Below, in pieces: positions 46,710 to 56,409 of a stretch of 64,000 nucleotides of DNA (position 1 is the stretch's first letter; each line of letters starts with the position of its first letter). Under the pieces are notes generated by a model that was given only the letters and a program-made list of their open reading frames with translations, did not search any database and was not told the origin of the DNA. The position numbers and the translations under genes are program-made. Origin of the DNA: Chitinophagaceae bacterium (GTDB taxonomy: Bacteria > Bacteroidota > Bacteroidia > Chitinophagales > Chitinophagaceae); the NCBI GenBank assembly GCA_031422725.1, contig JANPMI010000223.1:973-64972 (forward strand), written 5' to 3'.

Positions 46710-47759
46710 TTACCAGCGGAGTAAAACACTGCCCCAGGTAAAGCCGCTGCCAAAAGCTGCGAGGCAAACCAGGTCGCCATCTTTTATTTTCCCCTGTTCC
46801 CATGCTTCGCAGAGTGCAATCGGAACAGAGGCAGCGGTAGTGTTACCATATTGCTGAATATTATTATAGACCTGATCATCTCTTAGTTTCAGTTTTTGCT
46901 GCACAAACTGTGCAATCCGCAAATTTGCCTGGTGAGGAATAAGCAGGTTGATGTCTGATGTTTGAAGGCCATTGGCAGTAAGTGCTTCCATTATTACTTC
47001 CGGAAACTTTACCACCGCTTTTTTAAAAACAGACTGACCATCCATAAAAGGAAAATTCTGGGCCTTGTCAATCATTTCATGGCTCATAAACATATCACCA
47101 ATTTCATTTTCATTAAAGTCGGCTACTTTTTGATCCAGCCAGTGATTAGCATGGGTACCGGGATTATACATAGCCAGAATTTCTGCTGCCTCACCATCGC
47201 TGTGTAAATGGGTAGAAAGAATTCCCTGTTTGTCATTATTAGTTGGCTGCAACACAACAGCACCGGCACCATCACCAAAAATGACGGAGATATTTCTCCC
47301 CCGGGTAGTAAAGTCAAGACCAAAAGAATGTTTTTCTGCACCCACCACTAAAATGTTTTTATACATACCGGTTTTGATAAACTGGTCTGCTACACTGAGT
47401 GCATATATAAAACCGCTGCATTGATTGCGGACATCTAATGCCCCGATTTCTTTCATCTTCATAGCCCGTTGCAACAACACACCACAACCCGGGAAATAAT
47501 AATCAGGGCTTAGTGTAGCAAAAACAATGAAGTCAATATCCTGCGGGCTGATGCCAGCCCTTTCAATAGCAATTCTGGCGGCTTCCACACCCATGGTGGT
47601 GGTGGTTTCTTTGGTCCGGTGGGCATAGCGCCGTTCTTTGATGCCGGTACGTTCCTGTATCCATTCATCGCTGGTGTCCATATACTTCAACAGGTCCTTA
47701 TTGGTTACTACATTGTCAGGAACATAATTGCCGATTCCGGCAATTTTTGATTTATACAT
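46710..47759 (-). CDS. fabH: 3-oxoacyl-ACP synthase III (FabH-like)
   Basis: Catalytic triad contexts NQCSGFIYAL, IPHQANLRI, GNTTAASVP. The ATG at 47759 is preferred over the TTG at 47768. Confidence 0.85.
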   Translation of the reverse strand: MYKSKIAGIGNYVPDNVVTNKDLLKYMDTSDEWIQERTGIKERRYAHRTKETTTTMGVEAARIAIERAGISPQDIDFIVFATLSPDYYFPGCGVLLQRAMKMKEIGALDVRNQCSGFIYALSVADQFIKTGMYKNILVVGAEKHSFGLDFTTRGRNISVIFGDGAGAVVLQPTNNDKQGILSTHLHSDGEAAEILAMYNPGTHANHWLDQKVADFNENEIGDMFMSHEMIDKAQNFPFMDGQSVFKKAVVKFPEVIMEALTANGLQTSDINLLIPHQANLRIAQFVQQKLKLRDDQVYNNIQQYGNTTAASVPIALCEAWEQGKIKDGDLVCLAAFGSGFTWGSVLLRW

Positions 47760-47810
47760 AGCAGGCAATTAAGAAAGAAAGATAGGAAATGAAATGGTTT
47801 TACCCTACAA

Positions 47811-48110
47811 CTATTTCAGGCTGAGCAGATGTAATGAACTTATGATTAATTGATAAAGGCATAAAATCCCCAGTGACGAGTAAATAAATCCCCAAACTAC
47901 AAAGGTCATTCCTGCCGGAGTAAAAATCGTTTCATATTGTGCAGAAATTTCTCCCTCATTTTTTGAGTTAATCGTTTTAGCCTGAACTATAAAATTGGTC
48001 AATAAATGAACTATGAAACTCAATACATTAAAAATAGCCAGTGACTTTAATTTTCGTATAAAAAACTTTTCTATACAGCATAAGCAGAGAAAAGTTGTAC
48101 CATTTCGCAT
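47811..48110 (-). pseudogene. N-terminal fragment of a TspO-like membrane protein
   Basis: IFNVLSFIVHLLTNFIV...ISAQYETIFTPAGMTFVVWGFIYSSLGILCLYQ resembles the first 2 TM helices of approximately 250-aa TspO-like proteins. The ORF stops after about 100 aa. Confidence 0.35.
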
Positions 48111-48439
48111 TTGATCATATACTGGCACAATGTTTTCCTTTTTCTTTCCCTAACTTATAACAGACCAACCAATGAAGGCAATTCTTTTGTTAGCCGCAAT
48201 TCACATTCTGATTATTTATCAATCACAGAAAAACAGGACAACTGTAAAAATACCCATCTCGCAACCGGGAGATATAGCCGGAGAAGGAAAGTTTGTCAAG
48301 CCTTCTGCAATTATTTTTTCGGAAGGGGTTAAGGCGATTAAAAACGACAAACCCGGGTTTGTTTCTGTATTATTTACAAAGGCGTTGCCTTTTTAATAAC
48401 CATTCAGCATATTATTGATCAATAGCTATTCCGCTGCAT

Positions 48440-48643
48440 TCAGGAGGCTTTCCCTTTGTTAGATGATATACTTTCAATCCAAGCCTTAATTTCAACAGGT
48501 GTCCGGTGCATTTTTTTTGACAGGCGATCCAGTAGTTTCTCTTCCTCACCGGGTAAGTAATCAAGATCCTCATCGGTGAGGTTAACATTGCTTTCTTTTA
48601 TTTTTTCCTTCACTTCATTCCAGGAAGTCAGCATTTTAAGCAT
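48440..48643 (-). CDS. CsbD-like small stress protein
   Basis: SWNEVKEKIKESNVNLTDEDLDYLPGEEEKLLDRLSKKM follows the CsbD W..K.K....LTD.DL...G pattern. The internal ATG at 48643 avoids overlap with the upstream gene. Confidence 0.5.
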   Translation of the reverse strand: MLKMLTSWNEVKEKIKESNVNLTDEDLDYLPGEEEKLLDRLSKKMHRTPVEIKAWIESISSNKGKAS

Positions 48644-48660
48644 TGCTATTTTTTTTGTAG

Positions 48661-48996
48661 TTAATTGAGATGAAAGAACATTAATTCTTTTATAGTGTCG
48701 GCACAATGGTCGCAGATGGATCCGCAATGCTCAATATCCTCTTCAGGATGCTGCATACATTCATTATAACATTCCCGGCAGTACAAAAAGCAATCAAAAA
48801 CATTTTTTTGAACTGTTACAGGATCATTAATAAAAAGAGCAACAACAGACAGACAGGATTGGGCACAATTCCGGCAGCTTTTTATCAACTTTTCTTTTGG
48901 CAAAAGATTTTTCAGCTCGGAATGTATGCAGGCTTCGCATAATAACCATGTATTCATGCAAGCTTTGATATAATTATCAGTTTTCCGGAGTATCAT
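48661..48996 (-). CDS. cysteine-rich four-helix-bundle protein (DUF326-like)
   Basis: Repeated C..C...C spacing: CMNTWLLCEAC, CRNCAQSC, CFLYCRECYNEC, CGSICDHCADTI. Confidence 0.62.
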   Translation of the reverse strand: MILRKTDNYIKACMNTWLLCEACIHSELKNLLPKEKLIKSCRNCAQSCLSVVALFINDPVTVQKNVFDCFLYCRECYNECMQHPEEDIEHCGSICDHCADTIKELMFFHLN

Positions 48997-49051
48997 TAGT
49001 TGGGGCTGGCCTCTTGTGGTTATTGATAAATGAAATTGTTCAGGTGAATAG

Positions 49052-49078
49052 CCCTGCACGGCATTGATCCGTGCAGGG
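49052..49078 (-). terminator. strong hairpin between two minus-strand genes
   Basis: ccctgcacgg-cattgat-ccgtgcaggg: a 10-bp perfect stem. There is no clear U-run, so function is uncertain. Confidence 0.35.
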
Positions 49079-49087
49079 TTATACTCT

Positions 49088-49546
49088 TTATGCTGATTGT
49101 GTATCCCGCATTCTTTTTATTTTATCATGCGATCTTTTCAGCTTTGATTTTTGTTCGTTAAGGAGACTTCTTACTTCTGCTGTCAGGTCATCAGTTTCCA
49201 ATGCAGAATCATAGGCTCTTTGTGCAGCATCTTCACCAAACTCACAGGAGGCAAGTATTGCTTTGCGGCTGTGACCTGTAACGGCAGCCTTTACATCCAT
49301 CCACACTCTGTAAATTTTGCCTCTTGCTGTTGTGCCTTCAGCGGGGGTTTCCCCGGTTTTTTGTACATGTTTTTCCAGCTCAGCCACATACGTTTTGCTT
49401 TCATCAGCCATGTCTGTAAAGAGTGAACGGAGGTCAGCATCCCCACTGTCAGTTTCTTTTGCTGCTTTTTCATAACCAACTATCCGGTCATTGTTAATCT
49501 CTATCAGGTCATTTACTGTTTCAGCTATTTTTTCGTTTAGTTCCAT
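49088..49546 (-). CDS. PA2169/DUF2383-type four-helix-bundle (ferritin-like) protein
   Basis: TVNDLIEINNDRIVGYEKAAKET...LRSLFTDMADESKTYVAELEKHV. Confidence 0.68.
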   Translation of the reverse strand: MELNEKIAETVNDLIEINNDRIVGYEKAAKETDSGDADLRSLFTDMADESKTYVAELEKHVQKTGETPAEGTTARGKIYRVWMDVKAAVTGHSRKAILASCEFGEDAAQRAYDSALETDDLTAEVRSLLNEQKSKLKRSHDKIKRMRDTQSA

Positions 49547-49765
49547 AATAAGAATTTTAAAAGGTTAAAAAATTTTTCTCTTCATAAAAATGAAAAAAAT
49601 CATGCCAGCATACTATCATGCAGAGCCATAAGACCCGTGATGGCATTTTCTCATTTAAGGATAAATAAAATGAGGAAAATCTTACACAGCATTCCCCGTG
49701 TTTGTTGCCGGGATCAGGCTGATAACAACTGGTATCACATTTGAATCAGTATTTAAAATTGCGTT

Positions 49766-50263
49766 ATGACCACCGATACCAACCTCCGCTTTATCAGTGA
49801 AAAAATAGGAGAGCTTCGCACTGCAGTTATGTACAGCATGTGCAATAGCCTGGTTAAACTTCCCAATGATATTGTAACAGCTGTGAAAGTGGATGAAGAA
49901 GGACAGTTATGGTTTTTATCTCACCTGCCTTATCAATTGCTTACTGAATGCGAAAAAGAGTTTCCGGTACGACTGCATTTTTTTAGAAAAGGGCGTAATT
50001 TTTTTGTGGAAGTAAGCGGTAAAGCAACTATTGTAAACAAAATTACCACTGCTAATTCTTTTGCATCTCCAGACAATACCGTTCCAAAAGCTTTGCTTAT
50101 CAAAATGTCTATGAGCAATATTGAATATGTAGAACCGCATACAGCACTCCCAAAATCTAAATGGCAGGAACTGGCGCAAAAAACTTATCAATGGATGCTG
50201 GGCAATAAAAGTTTTCAGCATGGGGAACGTTCAGTATTTGGAAATCTTCATCAACCACATTAA
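49766..50263 (+). CDS. pyridoxamine-5'-phosphate-oxidase-like split-barrel protein (general stress protein 26-like)
   Basis: FISEKIGELRTAVMYS...VKVDEEGQLWFLS...VRLHFFRKGRNFFVEVSGKATIV pattern. Confidence 0.5.
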   Translation: MTTDTNLRFISEKIGELRTAVMYSMCNSLVKLPNDIVTAVKVDEEGQLWFLSHLPYQLLTECEKEFPVRLHFFRKGRNFFVEVSGKATIVNKITTANSFASPDNTVPKALLIKMSMSNIEYVEPHTALPKSKWQELAQKTYQWMLGNKSFQHGERSVFGNLHQPH

Positions 50264-50265
50264 TT

Positions 50266-50676
50266 ATGAGTAAAACACTACAGCTTATTCATCAGAAAAT
50301 TGAAACCATGCGACATGGACTACTTCGTGTCCGTGAAGGAACTGAACAACAAAGGATGCAGGTGAGTACTTCAGTTTATGACGGGCATCATCTTAACTGT
50401 GTTTTTAAGGATAATGATTCGGAAGGAAAGTTGCTGAACAAGGAAGTAGTTCTTATCCAAAGAAATGATAATGATTATTTATATATAACGGGTCATATTG
50501 AAGATGAAGTAAAGAAAAACTGTAAAGTTGTTTCTTTACGAATTATAAAGGCATGCTGGTTTACCCGGAAAAAAAGGGGTAGGGTTGCCTGGCTGCAACA
50601 GAAATATATGTATGAATCACCGGGGTACAAATTGAAAAAGCATCATAGTTTTTTTAAAGAGCAAGTATTGGCATGA
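50266..50676 (+). CDS. hypothetical protein, probable divergent paralog of the preceding gene
   Basis: Starts 2 nt after the previous stop. The N-terminus LIHQKIETMRHGLLRV mirrors FISEKIGELRTAVMYS. Confidence 0.4.
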   Translation: MSKTLQLIHQKIETMRHGLLRVREGTEQQRMQVSTSVYDGHHLNCVFKDNDSEGKLLNKEVVLIQRNDNDYLYITGHIEDEVKKNCKVVSLRIIKACWFTRKKRGRVAWLQQKYMYESPGYKLKKHHSFFKEQVLA

Positions 50677-50797
50677 TCTTTTCATTAGTATAACCAGTTC
50701 TCTTTATATCATATATTCAACGGGTAACCTGAGAATAAGTTTAAAATTTTTTTTGTCAGATTTAATACTTGCAGAGAAAATTTAATTAAAGAGAATA

Positions 50798-50828
50798 GAA
50801 GGGTTTTGGTTAACGCCAAAGCCCTTTG
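50798..50828. terminator. bidirectional terminator hairpin between convergent genes
   Basis: aagggttttgg-ttaacg-ccaaagccctt. Confidence 0.55.
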
Positions 50829-50836
50829 TCTATTAA

Positions 50837-51841
50837 TTACTGATCAGCCCCTGTTTCTTTTAGTTGTAAAACTTCAACAGCAAATTTTTCACATTCTTCT
50901 GCTACTGTTTGTACATCCTTTGATTTTACATACGAGCCAATAACATGATCGCCGGCATTGGGGATTGCCACCTGTCTTTTCAGGCTATCAGGAGTGCTAA
51001 GTTGATTAAACATTCTTTTCATAGCAGAAACTTTCACCACATCATCCTGGTGTTCTTCATCTTTATAATAGTAAAGCAGTAAAGTGGGCTGGGTTATTTT
51101 TTTGAAGGTGGATTGTTTCATGGTTGTTTCCAGTAATTCTTCTAATTGCACTGTTGATTCAATCCTGTATTTATTATTCCAGTATTGAGCATATAAAGCA
51201 GTGGTGTCCCTGGCATAATTATAATTTCCTTTTATCATCCTGGCAAGTTGCAGTCCCCAGTGATTGTTCAGCAACCAGGCTTTGCCATCTTTAATTGCAA
51301 TATTGGGAGAAAGAAGAATAAGCCCGGCAATATCAGGATATTCAGCCGCCAGTTTTAAGGCTAATGTGCCACCGGTAGAAGTTGCCATCAGGATAATCTT
51401 TTTACCCAATTGTTTTCCAATGGCATAAGCTTCCTTAGCAGAATTCCATACTGCATCAGCAGTAAAATCCACCAAAGGTTCTGTGGTGTCTATTCCGTGT
51501 GCAGCTAACCGGCTCAGGTAAAGGTTACACCCAAACTTCTGGGCAAATTCATAGTGTACCGGGTCGCCTTCTTCCTGGCTGGCAGAAAAACCGTGGAGAT
51601 AAACAACTGCATATTCTGTTTTTTGTTTTAAAGAATCATTCAGCCACAAAATTCTTGCTTCATTATCCGGTTTCAGTTTGTGCCTCGCTTCGTTACTGTT
51701 GATATACTGTTCTAATGCTGCTGCTTCAGCAGGGATGGCTGGCAGATCTTTAGTAAACTTTGGTGAAGCAGGCCGTGGTCCCAGGAAGTAAACGATAATC
51801 AGCACTAAAAGAATGATGCCGAGCCATTTGAGCAGTTTCAT
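50837..51841 (-). CDS. alpha/beta hydrolase (lipase/esterase-like) with an N-terminal anchor
   Basis: VVYLHGFSAS oxyanion region and nucleophile elbow ATSTGG. Confidence 0.72.
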   Translation of the reverse strand: MKLLKWLGIILLVLIIVYFLGPRPASPKFTKDLPAIPAEAAALEQYINSNEARHKLKPDNEARILWLNDSLKQKTEYAVVYLHGFSASQEEGDPVHYEFAQKFGCNLYLSRLAAHGIDTTEPLVDFTADAVWNSAKEAYAIGKQLGKKIILMATSTGGTLALKLAAEYPDIAGLILLSPNIAIKDGKAWLLNNHWGLQLARMIKGNYNYARDTTALYAQYWNNKYRIESTVQLEELLETTMKQSTFKKITQPTLLLYYYKDEEHQDDVVKVSAMKRMFNQLSTPDSLKRQVAIPNAGDHVIGSYVKSKDVQTVAEECEKFAVEVLQLKETGADQ

Positions 51842-51967
51842 GTTGCAGTTTTGATAAAACTACTGTAAATACCCCTTTAAAGGGCATTAAGCCTGCATTA
51901 AATGTCTGTTTCGTTTGCTCCCCCAACCAAATTGGCGTACCTTCGCCGTCCGTTTGAAAAAGAGATT

Positions 51968-53779
51968 ATGGAGATAAGAAACATTGCGATAATAGCCCAC
52001 GTTGACCACGGTAAAACTACCCTGGTTGATAAGATTTTACATGCCACCAAAGTTTTCCGGGATAACCAGGAAACAGGTGAATTGATAATGGACAGCAACG
52101 ATCTGGAAAGGGAGAGAGGCATCACTATTTTTAGTAAGAATGCTGCTGTGGTTTATAAAGACGTTAAGATAAATGTGATTGATACTCCCGGTCACGCCGA
52201 CTTCGGTGGTGAAGTGGAAAGGGTATTGAAAATGGCAGATGGTGTTTGCTTATTAGTGGATGCTTTTGAAGGGCCAATGCCGCAAACCCGGTTTGTGTTG
52301 CAAAAAGCATTGCAACTGAACCTGAAGCCTATTGTAATTATTAATAAAGTAGATAAGCCTAACTGTCGCCCTGATGAAGTGCATGATGCAATTTTCGAGT
52401 TATTTTTCAACCTTGATGCAACAGAAGCACAATTGGATTTTCCAACCTTTTATGGTTCGGGAAAAAATGGATGGTTTAATGATTCATTAGAGCAAATTGA
52501 GGGCATTGAGCCTTTACTGGATGGTATTGTAAAATATGTGCCACCGCCAAAAGTAAATGTAGGGCCGGTGCAGATGCAGATCACTTCATTGGATTATTCT
52601 TCTTTTCTTGGCCGGATTGCTATAGGTAAAGTAAGCCGTGGTGTATTGAACGAAGGACAGAATGTAGTTTTAATGCAGGCTGATGGCAGTATTAAAAAAA
52701 CAAAAGTGAGAGAGTTATATGTGTTTGAAGGAATGGGTAAAAAGAAAGTAACTGAAGTAATAGCCGGGGACTTGTGTGCTGTAGTGGGCATTGAAGATTT
52801 TAATATCGGCGATACGCTGGCTGATGCAGAAACTCCTGAGGCACTACCGGTAATAAGTGTAGATGAGCCAACGATGAATATGTTGTTCTCCGTAAATAAC
52901 TCACCATTCTTTGGTAAAGACGGAAAATTTGTTACATCAAGACACCTCCGTGACCGGTTGATGAAAGAAACGGAAAAGAACCTTGCCTTAAAAGTAGAAG
53001 ACAGTGAAGAAGGCGATAGCCTGATGGTATATGGCCGTGGCATCCTTCACCTCGGTATTCTGATTGAGACTATGCGCCGGGAAGGTTATGAGTTAACAGT
53101 AGGCCAGCCGCAGGTAATTGTAAAGGAGGTTAACGGTAAAAAATCTGAGCCTTACGAAAACCTGGTAGTGGATGTGCCGCAGGAATTTGCCAGTAAAGTA
53201 ATTGACCTGGTGAGCCGCAGAAAAGGTGAGATGCTGGTAATGGAAACCAAAGGCGAAATGCAGCATTTGGAATTTGAAATCCCTTCAAGAGGATTAATTG
53301 GCCTGCGTACTCAAATGCTTACGGCTACCACCGGGGAAGCTGTAATGGCACACCGTTTTACTGAATACAAACCATGGAAAGGGCCAATACCCGGAAGAGG
53401 TAATGGTGTATTACTTTCCAAAAACACAGAAAAGACAACAGGTTATTCTATAGATAAATTACAGGACAGGGGAACATTTTTTGTTGACCCTGCGGAAGAA
53501 GTATATGCCGGGCAAATCATAGCCGAAAATATTAAACCCGGCGACCTGGTGGTAAATGCTACGGAACCCAAGAAATTAACTAACCACCGGGCCAGCGGCA
53601 GTGATGATCATACCCGCATTCAACCAAAAACTTTAATGAGTCTGGAAGAATGTATGGAATATATACAACAGGATGAGTGTATAGAAGTAACGCCTAACTT
53701 TATCCGGATGCGGAAAGTGATACTGAATGAAGATGAGCGGAAGAAAGTGCAGAAAAAAATGGAAGCACAGGCAGTATAA
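51968..53779 (+). CDS. typA: translational GTPase TypA/BipA
   Basis: MEIRNIAIIAHVDHGKTTLVD, DTPGHADFGGEVER, NKVD. The ATG at 51968 gives the canonical N-terminus. Confidence 0.95.
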   Translation: MEIRNIAIIAHVDHGKTTLVDKILHATKVFRDNQETGELIMDSNDLERERGITIFSKNAAVVYKDVKINVIDTPGHADFGGEVERVLKMADGVCLLVDAFEGPMPQTRFVLQKALQLNLKPIVIINKVDKPNCRPDEVHDAIFELFFNLDATEAQLDFPTFYGSGKNGWFNDSLEQIEGIEPLLDGIVKYVPPPKVNVGPVQMQITSLDYSSFLGRIAIGKVSRGVLNEGQNVVLMQADGSIKKTKVRELYVFEGMGKKKVTEVIAGDLCAVVGIEDFNIGDTLADAETPEALPVISVDEPTMNMLFSVNNSPFFGKDGKFVTSRHLRDRLMKETEKNLALKVEDSEEGDSLMVYGRGILHLGILIETMRREGYELTVGQPQVIVKEVNGKKSEPYENLVVDVPQEFASKVIDLVSRRKGEMLVMETKGEMQHLEFEIPSRGLIGLRTQMLTATTGEAVMAHRFTEYKPWKGPIPGRGNGVLLSKNTEKTTGYSIDKLQDRGTFFVDPAEEVYAGQIIAENIKPGDLVVNATEPKKLTNHRASGSDDHTRIQPKTLMSLEECMEYIQQDECIEVTPNFIRMRKVILNEDERKKVQKKMEAQAV

Positions 53780-53816
53780 GTATCTGCTCATGAAATTAAG
53801 GGTAAGAAAATTACCG

Positions 53817-53850
53817 GAAGCATCAGTTTATAACTGATGCTTTTTCTTTT
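53817..53850 (+). terminator. intrinsic terminator after typA
   Basis: gaagcatcagtt-tat-aactgatgctt followed by tttctttt. Confidence 0.75.
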
Positions 53851-53912
53851 CTGAGAAATGGAGGAAATAAATTTTATCCGGATTAAAATATTTATAGTTG
53901 ACCAGGCAGGCA

Positions 53913-53920
53913 TAGCTTTG
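53913..53920 (+). promoter_or_regulatory. candidate -7 promoter box
   Basis: TAGCTTTG matches TAnnTTTG and lies 31 nt upstream of the ATG at 53952. Confidence 0.3.
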
Positions 53921-53951
53921 ATATACCACAATTATTAAAACGACTTCTTTC

Positions 53952-55226
53952 ATGCAAAAAAGAATGCTCATAATACCGGGCTATAAATTATTTCCTGCTG
54001 CTACAGGCGGTTCCTACTATTCGTTAGCATACCTGGAAAAACAGATGCATGATTTTGATATTAGCATAATTATCACTCCAGAGAATATTTCGGAAGAGGA
54101 TTTGGAAGAATTTTACAGCCGCTTTCCTGCGCTACATGTAATAAAAGCCAGGTTTTCAAATAAAGGAGGGGTGAATAAAGTAGCGAAGGGGCTTCTAAAA
54201 TTATTCAGAAAAACAAAAAAAATAAATTGGCCGGCGAAGCTTAGAAAAATACCCAAGGTTTCAGAGATGATTATTAAGGACGCCCAACTTGTTGAGGAGA
54301 TATCATTGATTGCTGCCAACGGTAATTACGATATTATTCAGACAGAACATGTCATTAACCTTCCGCTTATTTCGCAATTGCCTGCGGAAAGTTTGAAAAT
54401 TTTTGTACACTATGAAGTGTTTTATGCCAGGTCTCTGCAGGATATGGAACGTCTGTATTACAAACCAGCCTATGCCGGGTATATTAATGAAATAATAAAG
54501 GCTGTGGAAGTAGCCTGTTTAAATAAGTTTGATGGAGTGATAACACTTTCTGAATATGATAACGAATTACTTCAGCAGGCAGGAGTAACAACACCCATCA
54601 GGGCAAGCAATTGTCTTGCTATTAAAAGTGCCGACCTGAAAAAAACATTTTTACCGGCCACCCCGCCCCATCTTTTATTTTTGGGAAGTGAAAATCATTT
54701 TCCCAACCGTGATGGCCTTTCCTGGTTTCTGCAGGAGATTCTTCCTGAAGTAATAAAACAAAAGCCGCAAGTGAAACTAATGGTTACCGGTGAATGGAGT
54801 AATGAATTTAAAGAACAGTTCAAACAGTTGCCCGTTACTTTTACCGGATTTGTAGAGTCGCTGGATGAGTTGCTCAGTACTGGAATATTAGTGGCGCCCA
54901 TCCGGATTGGTGCCGGGGGAATTCATATAAAAATTATTTCAGCAATGACGAAAGGGACACCTGTTGTGTCAACCGTTACCGGGGCGGCGGGTATCCCGCA
55001 TATCCTGCACGGGCATGATATTTACATAACCGACATTTCTTCTCAATTTGCAGCATATCTACTTGAATTATTAGAAAAATCGGAATTGCGGCAAAAGCTG
55101 TCAGACAATATTTTTGCTACAGCTGTTAAGATCAGTGAACACGGTGACTTTGCCGCCGAAAGAAATGCAGACTATGAATTTTTTGAAGAGACAAGGAATT
55201 CAAAAAAGGGCAAACAGGCGGTATAG
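53952..55226 (+). CDS. GT-B fold glycosyltransferase (family 4-like)
   Basis: N-terminal PGYKLFPAATGGSYYS and C-terminal GIHIKIISAMTKGTPVVST (E/K-x7-E-like region). Confidence 0.78.
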   Translation: MQKRMLIIPGYKLFPAATGGSYYSLAYLEKQMHDFDISIIITPENISEEDLEEFYSRFPALHVIKARFSNKGGVNKVAKGLLKLFRKTKKINWPAKLRKIPKVSEMIIKDAQLVEEISLIAANGNYDIIQTEHVINLPLISQLPAESLKIFVHYEVFYARSLQDMERLYYKPAYAGYINEIIKAVEVACLNKFDGVITLSEYDNELLQQAGVTTPIRASNCLAIKSADLKKTFLPATPPHLLFLGSENHFPNRDGLSWFLQEILPEVIKQKPQVKLMVTGEWSNEFKEQFKQLPVTFTGFVESLDELLSTGILVAPIRIGAGGIHIKIISAMTKGTPVVSTVTGAAGIPHILHGHDIYITDISSQFAAYLLELLEKSELRQKLSDNIFATAVKISEHGDFAAERNADYEFFEETRNSKKGKQAV

Positions 55227-55244
55227 TTTTTCACATAAATGCAC

Positions 55245-56168
55245 TCATCCTGTACTGCTTAGTTTTTGAGCAAGGTATATGCTGCCCTTAATTTTTGAAA
55301 AGAAGGAGAAGCCCTTTTTATAATAGAAAAAACGATTCCTGTTTTTAAAAATAAATGACCGCCATTTTGCAGCAGTAGCTTTTTGCCTGATTAAAAGAAT
55401 ACAATGTTCCATAAATTTTTTATCATCATCCCTCATTCCTTTTATTTGAATAAAAGTTTCAAGGTATGCAGCCCAGGTGGCCGCTAAGGACGATTTAGGT
55501 ATGAACATCTTTTCATACGAATTGTTTTCATGTATGCGCCGCCAAACACTTATTTTATCAATCCATTGTATTCCGCCATTTACACTTGCCACCATACCAA
55601 TCCACCAGTCGTAAGGAACATTTTTAAACGGTATTATTTTTTCTTTCAGCGATTTATGTATAATAATAGTATGCCCTTCAGTGCAGTTGCGGCAGGCAAG
55701 CTCTGTAATTTTTTCGCCGGTAAGGCCCCGGGTGTACGGGGTGGTTTTGCTGAAATCAATCGCCATCCCATCCTTAAATTTTTTAGAAGAACAATATAGC
55801 ATTTCAGCTTTTCCGTTCCAGTTATTAAGCATGTGCTTTATTTTTTCCAGGTGCCAGATATCATCCTGGTCAGCGATAGAGATCCATTCTCCGGTGGTAA
55901 GCATAACAGCTTTTTCAAAATTTTTGTTGAATCCGAGGTTTATTTCATTCTGATAAAATTTTATCCGTTCATCTCTTTGGATGTATTCATTTATAATTTG
56001 CCGGGTATTATCGGTGGATACATCGTCAACTATTACTATTTCAAGATGTTTATAGGTTTGATGGATGATACTATCGAGTTGTTCCCTGATATAAGCACCG
56101 CCATTATAAGTGCACATGGCAATGGAAACAAGCGGGGCGGTTTTGGTATGTAAAATAGACTGGCTCAT
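55245..56168 (-). CDS. family 2 glycosyltransferase
   Basis: VSIAMCTYNGGAYIREQLDSI, VIVDDVSTDNT, ADQDDIW. The ATG at 56168 is preferred over the TTG at 56228. Confidence 0.8.
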   Translation of the reverse strand: MSQSILHTKTAPLVSIAMCTYNGGAYIREQLDSIIHQTYKHLEIVIVDDVSTDNTRQIINEYIQRDERIKFYQNEINLGFNKNFEKAVMLTTGEWISIADQDDIWHLEKIKHMLNNWNGKAEMLYCSSKKFKDGMAIDFSKTTPYTRGLTGEKITELACRNCTEGHTIIIHKSLKEKIIPFKNVPYDWWIGMVASVNGGIQWIDKISVWRRIHENNSYEKMFIPKSSLAATWAAYLETFIQIKGMRDDDKKFMEHCILLIRQKATAAKWRSFIFKNRNRFFYYKKGFSFFSKIKGSIYLAQKLSSTG

Positions 56169-56385
56169 CAGCAGGTTAGAACAGGGGTTATGTTGCAATG
56201 TCGGAAATTTTATTTCAACAGGTATCAAAAATTACGATTTGCCTTTTTCCCCAGGGTTATTAATTCTAAGCAGATGGGTTTATGGGGGAAATGATTGGCC
56301 GGTAAGGTGGGTTTGAAGAAGCAAATGTTACGATAAACAGCAAAGGCTTTTTCAAGAGCATGATTATTAATAAATAAAGGAACCT

Positions 56386-56393
56386 TAACTTTG
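56386..56393 (+). promoter_or_regulatory. candidate -7 promoter box
   Basis: TAACTTTG matches TAnnTTTG and lies 16 nt upstream of the ATG at 56410. Confidence 0.3.
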
Positions 56394-56409
56394 TGCAAAA
56401 TTTTGAGGC

